Assembly (NCBI RefSeq): GCF_006345805.1
Contig: NC_042997.1
Span: 75,268,001-75,332,000 of the forward strand
Direction of reading: 5' to 3'
Source of the DNA: Octopus sinensis
Taxonomy: Eukaryota
DNA: 64,000 nucleotides
Numbering within the stretch: the first letter of the stretch is position 1; each line of letters begins with the position of its first letter. The notes under the pieces are model-generated. The model had not been told where the DNA came from. It did no database searches and was given only the letters and a program-made list of their open reading frames with translations. Shown piece by piece: positions 48,030-60,959 of the stretch. The position numbers and the translations under genes are program-made.

Positions 48030-49430
48030 GAAAAATTAGAAATAGCAGTCAAAGACTGTTTATTTCTATTTTCTACAAATAAGACTCCACATACAACATA
48101 TCCATGTAATTCACATATGTAAAACAGAAGGAAAAAATAACAAAAGCAAAGTCTAGGGTTATTTACGGACGCGTTTCTGGATTAGAATTATAAATCAATT
48201 CATTTCCTTTCTCAACGTAACACTCCACTCGGATAGATTTCTCAAATGCTATACATGCCCTTTATTACCTCAAACAAGTATTTTTACCACATGACCTCTG
48301 CCGGTAGCTGCAGAGGCCAATCAGTGTTCTTGATACAGGTACTCATTCCTTCCCATCAACCTTTTTTATTAAACTTTTTAATAATGTTTTGGATTCCCCT
48401 CCCCTGTGGCACAGGACTACAAATTCCAAATCCCCCCCTCCTGTGGCACAGTTCCCACCGAAGGGGCTTCGGGACATAGCAGCAGTGTACTAGCAACTGC
48501 CGGCAATGCCCTGTTTTTCTTTTTTCTCCTTTGTGATGGGAGAGTGTAGTTCTTTCATTTTGTCCAAAAGATCTTCCTTCCCTCCCACTACCTCAGGATC
48601 CATTGGTGGGCAACCTTTGTTGCCCAACTTCCTTTTTATTACCTTTTTTCGATGAGGTCTTCACCTCCTCAACTGCTTCCATCTCTCCCTCCAATGGGGG
48701 AGCAGGGGGCACTGCTTCTATTAACTTCTCTAGGACCTTACCTTGGTCCTGGATGCAGTGTTTCTTAATGTGGCCCAGTTCCTGGCACAGGTGACACTTG
48801 GGTGGGGGGGGGGGCGTCCTTCAAGAATCATCAGATACCTAGAACCGGCCATCCTCAAAAAATCTGGAAAAACCAGATCATTGGCCGATTGGGTCCACAG
48901 GGTCAAAACTGCTTTCGACCTCACCCAATCACCTACAAGCAACACTTTAACATTTAAGAGCTTTCTCCGCTACTACCCAGACCCCGGCGGATAGTGTCTT
49001 CTATCCACTCGGGTTCTATTCCGGGTGGCAGTCCACAGACCCAAGCTCTTGTTAATTTCTTCTCACCATATATGGGAAGAAACAGAATCTTTTGCCCTTC
49101 TAAAGGCTGACTCGCAAAATTGTGAGCCTCCTCAGGGGTATCAAATAGCAACCACACCGTTGCATATTTGACACCCCTTGCAATAAGCTTAAAAGTTGGC
49201 AGATTTTCTGCCAACACTTTCTCTATCTCAAGTCGAGGGAATACCGTAATGGTGTCGAGAGACTTACAATACGTTCTCAATTCAACGGTTCTCTCATTGA
49301 GATTTTCCAACCACTGCCTTGGAGGCACAATTTCCCAATCCAAAGCAGTCCTTTTTGCTATGTTTGTAGAAAAAGAAATTAACAGTTCAAAGCAAACAGT
49401 CTAAAACAGTCAAAAATAAATAAGAGCTGA
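48030..49430 (-). mobile_element. Gag/ORF1-like element with CCHC knuckle and no RT
   Basis: ..MAGSRYLMILEGRPPP then (frameshift) CHLCQELGHIKKHC; AT-rich 3' region with AATAAA. Confidence 0.6.
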
Positions 49431-49559
49431 AAGACAGCGCAGAGAAAAAGAAGGAAGGAAGACAGTTCAACTCACAGCAAATACACTTCCAGCCTCTGGT
49501 AATACTGGCCAACAAGTTTACCACAAATTGGTACTCCACTCAGATACTCCAGGTCCAGA

Positions 49560-52500
49560 AGCAGGAACACAGAAAATGTAGCTGTGATAATTCTCAACTT
49601 TGCAAAGGCCTTTGATAGGTTGATCATGGGATGATATGTCACAAACTACGGAGACTCAGCATAACTGGGAAAATCAGGGAGTGGTTGCATGACTTCTTAA
49701 AAGACGGAAGCCCTCTCCCTGGAGACATTAATAGAAAGTGGAGTGCCTCAGGAAACTATTGGGGCCACTACATGGTAGCTGTTTCAGACATGCCATCAGT
49801 TACACAGACAGCCACACTTACTAGATATGCCAACGACACAAAAGTAGTACAAGCAGTCAAGGAATCTGATGCTAATCTTCTACAGAAAGACCTATGCAAG
49901 CCCTCAGCTATCAGCTAATTGGTGCTCAGAAGTCACAACAATGATACTTTAGACCAGTGTTTCCCAACCTTTTTTCCCGGCGCCCCACTTTTTCATAGCA
50001 AAAGTTTTTATGCCCCACCTTTTTCCATGTCCACTCACATTTACAAGTACATGTGGGCCTACTTACAATTGAAAAAAAATCAAAAATTAAAAAATTGTAT
50101 TCAAAATACAAAAAAATAGTTTGAGAATTGAAACAACAGGCACTGAAAGTGCATAACACCCAATAAATCGATAAAATTATTACGATTTCTCATGTTTTTA
50201 AAAAATGTCAATTTATAAAGAATAAAGAAACACGTTTTTTCAGTTCAATTATTTGACGGTCAGCTCGACTAATTTAGTGAGAACCCTGTGCCTGATGCAT
50301 ACAGCACAAGTTTTTAATTTGAGGAGACAACTTTGTTAATTTCAGTCGTAAATCGCCACGTTTTGTAATCTCAAGCCGGTTTCTCTTGGCTTCGAGCAAA
50401 TTATCAACTGCACTAAAACCACATTCGACCAAATAAGACGAAGGGAAAGGAATCAGTAGCTCTCTCGCTGATGTAGAAATTTTAGGATATTTTCTTTCAA
50501 CCTCGTCATATAGCCACATCTTTGTACCTTTCAATTTAAACAAAGTCTTCACTGATTCATCATGTTGTAATTCTGATAACTCTTCTTGGTATTGGATTGT
50601 AGCATCAGAAACATTAATCAGAAGCGGTTGAGTTAACCAAGAAGGAAAATTCATTGCCTTTAAATCGCAAAATCTGTCATTGAAATCCTTTATCAAGATA
50701 TTTAAATGATCAATAATTACAATGCCAGCATCATTCGTTATTTCACATTTACTCAACCAGTAAAGTTCACTGAAATTTCTTTTGGAAAATTTCTTTTTCC
50801 ATAATTCGAGAGCTGTAATAAATCCAAAAATCTTTGCTTTTGCATCAATAAGTGTCATGTTTGCACCTTGAAGTTGTTTATTCAAGTTTCCAAGTTTCTC
50901 AAATATGTCTGTCAAATAACTGACAAATGCTTTTCCATCCGTTGTTGACAGCAATTTCATTTCACATTTATCACTAAGAAAGTCGTTAATCTGATCAAAT
51001 AATTCCATGAACCTCTTTAAGCAGTTTCCACTTGATAGCCATCTTACTTCTGTATGAAGCAATAATCGAACATGTTCGGCACTTTGATTTATACAAAACT
51101 GCTTAAAAAGACGTTCAGATTTAGAATTTCTTTTAATGCTGTTGACACACTTGATCACACTTTGAAGAATCTTGTTAAGAACAGGGGACAATTTCTTGGC
51201 AACCAAGTTTTCTCGGTGTATTACACAATGGACAGTCAACATGTTTGGATTTTCATCCTTCATCATTTTTAAGCATCCCGTATTCTTGCCCATCATGGCA
51301 GGTGCACCGTCTGCCGCACATGCCAGTAAGTTTTCCTTTGGTATTTTGTTTGCATCCAAATAATGTTTGATTTTGATGTAAATCATTTGCAGTTGTGGTG
51401 GTTTCAAACGATTCGCAGAACAGCATCTCTTCCTGAAACTCCTCGTGGTCAATATACCTCACATAAGTCAATAACAGAGCCTCACTGTCCCGGATTGTGG
51501 ATTCATCCATTTGTAATGAAAACTTACGCAATTTTAATTTCTCAATGAGCTGGCTTTCAACATCTTGCCCCATTTCATCTATTCTGTTCGAGACAGTGTT
51601 ATTACTGAGTGGCATAGTCCTGATATCTCCATCATCTTTTTGTAATACAGTTTTTAAGAATATTGAGATAGCAGTTTAATCAGTTGCTCTCCAATAGTGT
51701 GATTCTTTCCATGTTTTGCTATAAGCAAGGAGATTTCGTAGCTGGCTTCAAGGGCACGAGTATGAGGCGCTTGTTTTGCATGAAATAGTGAAGTGAGTTT
51801 TGTTCGGTTTTTAAATTTTTCTTTCAATGATTTGAAGTATTCCAAATCTAAATTAGAATTATTAGGATGTCTTACCTTTAAGTGCGCTTCCAGCCTACCT
51901 GCCTTCATTGACTCATTGCTCATCGTCTGATTACATAATAAGCAAAACGGTTTACGCTCATCATGCTCATCAGGAATGAATCCAAACTTCAAAAACTCCA
52001 CCGCGTATTGACGAGTCTTCTTGTTTGGTTTGCTCATTTTCAATAGGGCTAACAAAAGACTAATTGAGGCAATTGATTGGCTTATCTGAATAGTAAGTTT
52101 ATTGCTCAGTGCGGGATCTTCTTTGTCTCGCTGGGGTGCGAGAGTTTCCGATGTGGAGGCTTCAAAGGAAAGACGGAATCTAAGGTTGTACCCGCGATGA
52201 CTGCTCGTCATGTACAAATATTTTCACAGCCCACGTCTATGCCCCGCGCCCCACCTGAATTTTCTCAGGCCCCACCAGTGGGGCGTACGCCCCACCTTGG
52301 GAATCACTGCTTTAGACCAAAAGGAGCAGAAATCCTAGAATCACATATGGTGCATGACCTTGGGATTGATATGAGCAACAAAGCCTCGTTTCACATGCAT
52401 GTCACCAAAATGTTGGCAGTGTGCTGGCGAATGGCCTGTTGGGTTGTGAGAACCTTCAGAGCATGGGACCAGGAAACTATGCCGGTCCTATGGAGGACAT

Positions 52501-53110
52501 TTATCCTCAGCCATCTGGACTACTACTCTCAACTGTGATCACCTTACACTGTAGGATTAATAGCAGAATTTGAGTCAGTTCAGAGATACTACATGAGGAA
52601 GATTGCATCAATGGAACATCTGAGCTACTGGAAGAAACTGAAAGAGCCACAACTCTACTCTCTGGAGTGAAGACAGGAGAGGCATGCAGTGATATATGTA
52701 TGGAAGATACTGGAGGGGCTGGCACCAAACTTTGGAATTGCGAGTTATACCAGGCCTCGAAATGGACATCACTGCACTGTTCCAAAAGTCCCAGCTGTCT
52801 CATCTAAGGCGACGACCATGTACTGCTTGGGATTCATGGACCCACAGCTATTTAACTCCTTGCCAAAACATATGAGGGACTTCCATGGAGTGGGAGTAGA
52901 TGTTTTCAAGAAACAACTTGACCTCTTACTATCCAAGATCCCACATGAACCAATATCAAGGCAGGAAACTCAAAAGAGGGCAGTGGTATTGAGCGCCTTC
53001 CGTTACCAGAAGCCAAACCCATAGAATTGGCCAATTAAAAGGTGATTACAATGGCAGTGACCCAGTATGGCCATAACCTCAAGGATTGAAACATATAAAA
53101 CAATAAAAGA
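49560..53110 (+). mobile_element. Diverged CR1-like LINE 3' half interrupted by the Buster element
   Basis: NFAKAFD, YANDTK, HDLGIDMS..LSHLDYYSQL, IYVWKILEGLAPNFG. Confidence 0.85.
49955..52309 (-). mobile_element. Full-length hAT Buster/Charlie-type transposon (2355 bp), transposase frameshifted
   Basis: TIRs CAGTGTTTCCCAACC / CAGTGATTCCCAAGG; 8-bp TSD CTTTAGAC (central TA) at 49947-54 and 52310-17; BED finger CLLC..HL..RH, FSLQMDES, CADGAP-like, HCVIHRE, EVRWLS, YLVECGFS. Confidence 0.97.
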
Positions 53111-53151
53111 ATATATTTATATATATATAGCGCGGAAAACGGACGTTAAAC

Positions 53152-53184
<33 letters not shown>

Positions 53185-53924
53185 ATAAAAGACCTTTATG
53201 AATACAGAAACAAACATTGTGTCATATTAAGCAGCAAATGGTATTATGAAAATTTGAGAAGCAGTTCCAAATCTTTCACTGCCTTGTAAATATCCATCTC
53301 TTAGGAAAAACTAAATAAGTATCTTTGTGCACATCAGTTCTTTTCTCTCTGTTTTGTTTTTGACTTATGAGATTGATAATTGCAGATATGTTTAAATTTT
53401 GTTATTCCTACTTCAGCACCCTTTCCATAGTTAAAGATAGGCACATATTTATTCATTTATATTCCTTATCCACGTTGATTATTTTCAGGAGTTTACAAAC
53501 CAGACGGCCATCATGTCCTTTCTCTCTCTCTTTTTTCTCACTTCTCTCCATGACACCATCTTTTTTTTGTTTCATCTTTCCCTATTTCTTCTCTCTAAAT
53601 ATATAGACACTTCCTCTCTCTTTCTATCTCTTTACTTAACTCCATTACACCATCTTCCTTCATCACACCATCTTTCTTCTCTTAGCCCCTCAATCTCTCT
53701 TTTCTTCATTTCTCTCTTTCTCTCTATTTTTTCACTTCTCTCGAACACAGTCTTTCTTCCCTCAGTCCTCAATCTCAATTATAGACACATTCCCTCTCTC
53801 TCTTTCTCTCTCTGTTCCTCTCTTTTCACAGCCTCTCAATCTCTCTAAACATAGACACACACACTCTCTCTCTCTATTTCTTCACTACTCTTCATCACAC
53901 CATTAAAAAAATTTCCAGAAACTG

Positions 53925-54480
53925 GAGGAGCATGGAACTGGCGTTGTGCTGAAAAAGATAACCCAAACAATATCATCACAGCTGCACTGAAGAGCAATGG
54001 CTACTCAAGAACTTTAGCACAGATAGAGTGAAAGAAGCAGGAGTTTATAGGTTCCTATGCTCTCGTAAGATCTCACATTAGCACTCTTGATGCCATCTTT
54101 GATAATGAACCGAGCAAAGATGACCAGGATGGAGGCATGGATGTAGGTGAAAGATATTCCCCCCACTTGGTAGACACTCAAGGAAACAAAGAAGGTATAA
54201 GCAAGAAACCTGCAAGGAAAGAAAACCCAAGTGCAAGTGCCCCTATTACCGTCAAAGTGAAAAACTGAAGAGGTGAAAGAGCCAAGAAAAGACAACAAAA
54301 GTGAGCAAAAACGAATACAAAAGATAAAACTGCCAAAGAAAGAAGCAAGTCTGACTGCCTATACCACAAAAAGGATTAAAAGCGACAACACGCACGAATA
54401 TGTAAATTCTACTTGAAAGGTGTCTACTGGCATGGAGAGGTGATGTGCCAACTACTGTTTTGCACACACCAAAGACCATT
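53925..54480 (+). pseudogene. Second, diverged copy of the Myb/SANT + CCCH LINE ORF1
   Basis: IITAALKSNGYSRTLAQIE*KKQEFIGSYALVRSHISTLDAIFDNE aligns with 12237-12767; CKFYLKGVYWHG follows. Confidence 0.8.
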
Positions 54481-55551
54481 ATAGAATTACCATACAATTG
54501 GTTTTTAGAAGTGCCATACAATTGAGACAAGTACAGTTTGAATACGCTAAACACACTTTTTGCTTCATCATTTTCATGTTAAAATAAACTTCTTCCATGG
54601 AAAATTATATATCATTTGAAAGTTCTGGATATGAACTTCCTTCTCATTTAGTTATTTCCACACATTTACAAAGTTTATCTTTTTTTTTTTTACTGCCGAA
54701 TAGTAGCCCTCATTCTAGTTCAGTGTGCTGGAGTGCTCTAACTTGAGTTGTATTGAAAATTATGCAGTCCTGAAGAGGAATGTTTTTTATTTTGATATAA
54801 AAATTGTTGGGGTTTATTCAGATACACATTACAAAATATAAAAGTGAAAAATTTATCATTAGGTTTCACTTAGAAAAGAATATATTTTCTTGAAGACTTT
54901 TTACATTATAAGAAAAATATTTCTAGTGAATTCAATATGGTTCTTATTGAATCTAGCCATGATATGGTGAAAAACATAAAGTCAATAAAATGGGTGGTAT
55001 ATTGATCCTACTTGCCATACTGACAAGAGGTTAAATGGATTGCAAATCCAAAGCTTCAAATATTGAGTTAGAGCCAAAATTTCAAGAAATGGACAAACTA
55101 ATTACTAAGTTAACATATATTTCTAAAAAAAAAAAAATGCACTGAATTGAAATTCAGGTAGAAGAGATGTCAGGTATATAACAAGGGTTATCATTTTTAG
55201 ACGTCTCAACAAGATACGTTTTCAAAAGAGATTGTATATTTCAAGGTTCTCTGTAAATTTTTAATTCTCTTAGACTTTTAAAAATAATTGAAATTTTCAC
55301 ATTTGACCTTTGTATTAATTGTTGCAGCTAGCTGTTATTTTATTACTAATGCTATGCTGTATCCATGTCCAGAGTATTTAACTGTTGCATTAACAGGTGC
55401 TATATGAAACTATAGATCTCTGACCTAAGTATTTATGTTCATTGGTTATTTAACAATACACAAGTTGTCTCTTGATACCAAAACTTATCAAGTGTATTTT
55501 GTTATATCTATTTTTGCATATCTATTTAGCATTATTTCATTTTGCTTTCAG

Positions 55552-55611
55552 TTGGAACATTCCTTTCATTATCTTGACATCCAATCTATAGAAAGTCCGA
55601 ATCCAAACAAG
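55552..55611 (+). CDS. CARMIL: CARMIL exon 4 equivalent (LEHSFHYLDIQSIESPNPNK), PH domain
   Basis: ttttgctttcag| 60 nt |gtaaga, phase 0-0. Matches fly IECHFHYLDIVGVES and human LELTFSYLEIHGV (recalled), same length. Confidence 0.88.
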
Positions 55612-56649
55612 GTAAGATATTAACTGACAGAAGATGAAAATAACTGAACAAAACATGATCATGATATAACAAGTATTTGTTGTATTCCTGTTACAGTAAT
55701 TTGTTATTGATTTTGCAGTTTTACAAATATATTTTCAGCAATTTCAAATAAGATTTTTATGCTACAAAATCTTAAAGGTAAAGCAGTTTCTTGTAATAGG
55801 TAATATAATAGCACTTAATGGTTATATAAGACACTAAAAACACTAACTGTATCAAATATGAGTGGTAATGGTAATAGCATCACTACTACATGTAGTACTG
55901 ATTTTGTTATGACGTTTTGTATCTGAGTATGCCCAATGTAACCACCTGCCTTGTTTTCTAAATTGGCTCATCAAATCTGTAAATGTCACTATCTTACATC
56001 AGAAAAATTTATGCAAGCTGCTAACAAAGACAGTTAAAGTGATGCAGTATGGTCACCTTCTTGTAAGTTTAATTCATTGAAATATTGGGGCACTTCCAAA
56101 ACTATCTTTCTGTAATGTATCTTGAACAAAACACCTTGCCAAAACTCATTTCATTTCTGCATATAGGCACTAGACTCAGCAATACTAGCTAATGAGCTAT
56201 TTACCAGTTTTACAGCTCTGCTACTGCACAGAGTGGTGAGTTGCACCTATTTTCAGCTTTGTGGGCTTCCTATTGACAGGATACTGATCATCAACCTTTT
56301 AGTGGGGTACTTGTTGATTATTGACTCCACCATTGAACCACACAAATTGGTAATTGGGAAATATTGCATTAGTTCTAAAAACTAACAAAGCTGTATCACA
56401 CTGTCCTTATTATTCTTCTATGAACAACCTCAAAATTCTTAGAAAGACTCATACTTCACATTCCCAACCTTCATATTCCATTTTACACTTGCAACATCTG
56501 ATCAGCATGGTGTTTTGCCCCACCACTCAGAAACTTTACATAAAGTCAACAAAAATGATTTGGCCTTCTAGAAATAGCAACCAAATCTCCTTGAAACCAC
56601 ACTCCACTAACTTTGGACTTGCATGGTGTGGATGGTATTCATTTGCATG

Positions 56650-57350
56650 ATGACTGTCTCCCCAAAAATATAACAGTGTTTCTATTTTTTGAGATATATT
56701 CATTGAATTTGGGTAAGCTTTTCTTCATGACATGTTCTGCCACTCTCACTTGAGGAACCTACCTTTGGCCTCAATGACAGCCTCCAGGCAACCTTGGAAC
56801 CAGACACAGGCCTTCATCACTATCACTCATTTTAGGCTCTGGAAGGGCAAGGTAATCCTAGCCCTCAGCTTATCCTTTGCAACTAGATTTGTTAGTCTCT
56901 CATCTCACTGCACCATACTCAAAGAAGTCAAGGGGTTGCAGTTGGGTGAGTTGGGAAATCAAATATTAGGTTCTGTGTGATTGAAGAAATTCTCCATCAG
57001 TCAGACCTGAGTCTTCTAGCTGGTGTGGCATGGTGCAGAATCTTGCTGCTTACATGTAAATCTCCCTGCAGCTACCCAGTTGATCCAGGGCTTCACCACC
57101 GTACTCAGAACATGGATGTAGCTGCTGGTGTTCACCCCGAGGCTTTCCAGTAAGAAGTTGGGTGAGACAACAAGCCACCTGTTGTTCTGGGAGTTGATCT
57201 GATCTTGGCAGAAATTCTTCTTGTCAGAGAAAATCCACAGCAAGTCTGGTTCCAGCAGGTATTTCAACTTGTTGATCAGCTTCTTGATGTTCTTGAGTCA
57301 CTTTTCCTGCATCACCTTGGACAGAAATTTTTCCTTCCTTATCTTGTTAA
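56650..57350 (-). mobile_element. Degenerate Tc1/mariner-family transposase fragment
   Basis: IFSDKKNF..QNNRWL..VKPWI..QQDSAPCHTS. Confidence 0.7.
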
Positions 57351-58819
57351 TGACTTGTAGGGATACCATATTTTGTTATGCAATATTACAAAGTATATTA
57401 AGTGCTTTTATAAATCAATACTGTGTTAACAGTGCTATTGAATCACATGTTAAGGTTATCTTTATTGATTTTCCATAGAAATTATAGCCAGCACTGATTT
57501 TGTTATGACGCTTTGTATCTGAGTATGCCCAATGTAAACAACATTGAGATTGAAGATGAAAAATAGGTAATGGGTGTATATGCCATATTTCAGGAGTTTT
57601 TGCTCCTTCATCAGCACCCATCCAATCCATTAACCATCCACAAACTCATTGCTTAATTAGCTACTAAATATAGCAGTGTAACATTATTGGATATACCAAT
57701 TTTACATATTAAACACATTCTCGGAAGCTAGTACAGAAATATTAACGACCTGTGGGGACACTGTATTTCATTATGCAACCATTATATACTACAAAGTATA
57801 TTAAACTCTTTTAGATGTCAATACTGTGTTCTACTGTGTTAACAGTGCTATTAAATCACCTGTTAAAGTTTACCACTATAGATTTTCTTAGAAATTTACT
57901 TTAAGAGAATATAGCTTTTTGTGAAGAGTTTTCACTGATTAGGCAAATTAAAATTTCAATGTTAGAAACTTTCCAAAGGATGCCTTCTATATGAAGGACA
58001 TATAAAGTGCAGGTTAAAAAACTTATTTATTTCCACAAATACTTAAAGAAAATACCATTGAAATTTCCCCAAAACATAGATGGCAACTGAATACAGCAAA
58101 TAATGCATCAAAAGTAGAGTGAGATAGAAAAATAAATTGTATAGTGAGTTTGGGGTTTGAAACTATAACAGTTTAAGTTGCCTGTTCTCAGTCATTGTTT
58201 AAACCAAAGATCCAACTTGCACTACTGGATTTCATTCCATTTGATGTTTGAGGTATCAAAAATTGGCTGCTTAATCAGCTGGAAAATTATTACTGATATT
58301 AACCAAAGCTACAGTTGTATATTAATGCACATCATATGTGACAATAATTTTGCAGTCATTTGCAAGCATTTTGCTTGTGGTCATTGCCACATAAAATGTA
58401 CCCTGCGCATTCTTTAAAGTGGTTGTCATTAGGAAAGGCATCCTATCATAGACACCATGTTGAAACAGATATTAGAGCTTGATGCAGTTCTCTGATTTAC
58501 TAGTTGCTGTTGAACCATCCAAACCATGCCAGCATGGAAAACAAACAGTAAGTGCTACTGATGATAATAATAACTGTAATAATATATCTAGGTATTCTTG
58601 ATATATGTAAAATATGTGAACAAAATGCACAAATAACATGGGAGAACCAACTCAGTTAAAAACAGTACAAGAGACCTAATTGCTCTCTTTTATTTCTTTT
58701 AGTTTGGAATTTCTGTGATGCACAAATGTTTTTACATTTTGAATTATGCTGGATCCATTTCAAACAAGTTCCAAATCCAAGCCATTGATTAAAAATATAT
58801 ATTTTTGTGAAATATTGGA

Positions 58820-59650
58820 ATTTAGGTTGTCAAGAAAGTTCTTGTGGTTTTTAACCTTTTAATTCAAATGCACATATCTCAGCTTTATTGATTGAAATAA
58901 ACACCATCAGAATCAACACATGTTTGCAACGCAAAACAGGTTTATTTATGCCACTAGTGTAAAAATCCTGCATTCTGGTGGCAATGAAGTCGTTGAAGGC
59001 ATGTTTGGCATCCTCTTGGTATTTGAAGCATTTCTCAAGCAGGAAGTTGTTGAGATGCTTGAAAAAGTGGTAGTTGGTAGGTCTGGTGAGTACGGTGGAT
59101 GAGGCAGAGTTTCGTAGGCCAATTCGTTCAACTTCCGCAGTGTCAGTTGTGCGACGTGTGGCTGAGTGTTGTCGTGGAGAAGAATCGGTTCTTTTCTATT
59201 GACCAATGCTGGCTGCTGTTGTCGGAGTTTCTTATGCATTTCATCCATTTGCTGACAGTACTTCTCCACCGTAATGGTTTCGCCTGGATCCAAAAAGCTG
59301 TGATGGCATCCGTCACAGACCACCAAACAATCACCATGACCTTCTTTTGGTGCAACCTTGGCTTCGGGAAGTGCTGTGGAGCTTCATCGGCATCCAACCA
59401 CTGAGCTGAGTATCGCTGGTTGTCGTAAAGAATCCACTTTCCATCGCAAGTCACAATCCGGTCGAGAAATAGGTTGTTCTTGTTGCGTAAAAGGGAAGAC
59501 AACACTTCAAAACAGCGTGTTTTTTTGGTTGTCGTTCAATTCGTATGGCACCCATTTCTCAAGTATTTTTGTTTTTCCAATCTCTTTCAAGTGGTTGGAA
59601 ATTGTCATATATGTTACATGTACGAATTCAATGGCTGTTGAAACGAAAGT
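58820..59650 (-). mobile_element. Degenerate mariner
   Basis: [48 protein letters not shown]. Confidence 0.9.
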
Positions 59651-60959
59651 TGTAGATCTTTTAGCTTGGGGTACCAATTTGTAAGGATAACTGGTGGTAA
59701 GAGACACCCAAAGCAGCCACAATGAAAGAAGGACTCACAACTGGAACAGAGGAATCCTTTCCATAGACGGCCAGTGAGGTAGTATCATCAATATATGAAT
59801 AAGACGAATAAGTTCAACACATGGGATCTCGTACGGTCGAAGCTGTACGCAGAAAAATTTCCAAACATTTACTTCTACACGGTCCTTGATATAAATTTCT
59901 TCACTATTTGCTTCAGAAAGTCCAGAGAGTAGCTTAGCACGGTTGTGTGTGCGGCTGTTATGTTTGTTTTTAAGAAGACTTCTTGCGATGCTGCGATTTT
60001 ATGAGAGACAACATTTCACGACTTAACAACCGGCAGCCATATCTCATACATTAAATTCGTACGCTGTTTCACGACGTTCAACTTCAGGATTGCTTCTATA
60101 TTATCATTCATCAGAAGTGAAAAGCTAAGAAAAAATTTTTCTATGTTAAAGTTTTTCATTTTGTCAATGACTTCTAGAGCCTATAACTAAAGGCTTTCTT
60201 GCGGCTGAGACCTTTGTGGTTTTTCACACAAAAAACTTCACGGCTATTTCATCCTAACAACTTTTTGAACAGTTTCCTTCATGTTTTACGAGACGTCAGT
60301 TCATTCTTACACAGTGTCGTCTACTTGCTGAAAATAGCATTAAAATGCACGATTACATTTCCAAATGTATCAATAATTGATCTTTCTCAAAAGTAAGCCT
60401 GCTAGTTTTTCATTTTGCTCCTTACTCACCTCACTCTCCCTCTCTGCTTGTCGAACAACTTAATGTTTTTGTTGTTGCTTATTTCTCTCTCTCTCCCACA
60501 CACACTTCTGACAATTAGAATGGGTATTCTTGTAGGTTAATTTCTCTTTGTCTTTATCTGTCAGGTCACTTGAGTGTTACTGGTACCATGTAGTCCAGTA
60601 CAACCTGTTATATGGTCGGGTCATCGGCGACTAAACTGGCAACCCCACCAGGTTTGCTTGGTGAGGCGGGTGTTTGTTGGACACCCTGCAGGACAAAAAA
60701 TAAAACCTGTCAAAGGGCGGAAGAACTACAGCGTAGTCAATGGTCATCCAACGCTCTGCTGCCTTGTAGATAGACTTTTTAGTCAAAGGCTCCGGGTGGG
60801 GTCTCCTAAGCTAACCCCCTACTCCGGCCTAGGCAACCGGGTAGTATACGCCTACTGAAAACCATGGATCCTTTTCTCTCTTTCGCCATGGTTTGGATGG
60901 CATGGGCAGGAGGGCCTCGTCAGCCATGGTTGGCAACCCTCCTAGGAGAGGATAACTCT

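Noticed and set aside
58703-58792. Strong acceptor as CARMIL exon 5
   Set aside because: Reaches a stop with no donor and no similarity to the expected peptide; 55739-55777 also unconvincing.
60862-60929. Minus-strand CCATGG-CTGACGA..GAAA..CCATGG hammerhead-like pattern
   Set aside because: No stem III, the triplet would be GAU (not NUH), and it is antisense to the RTE.
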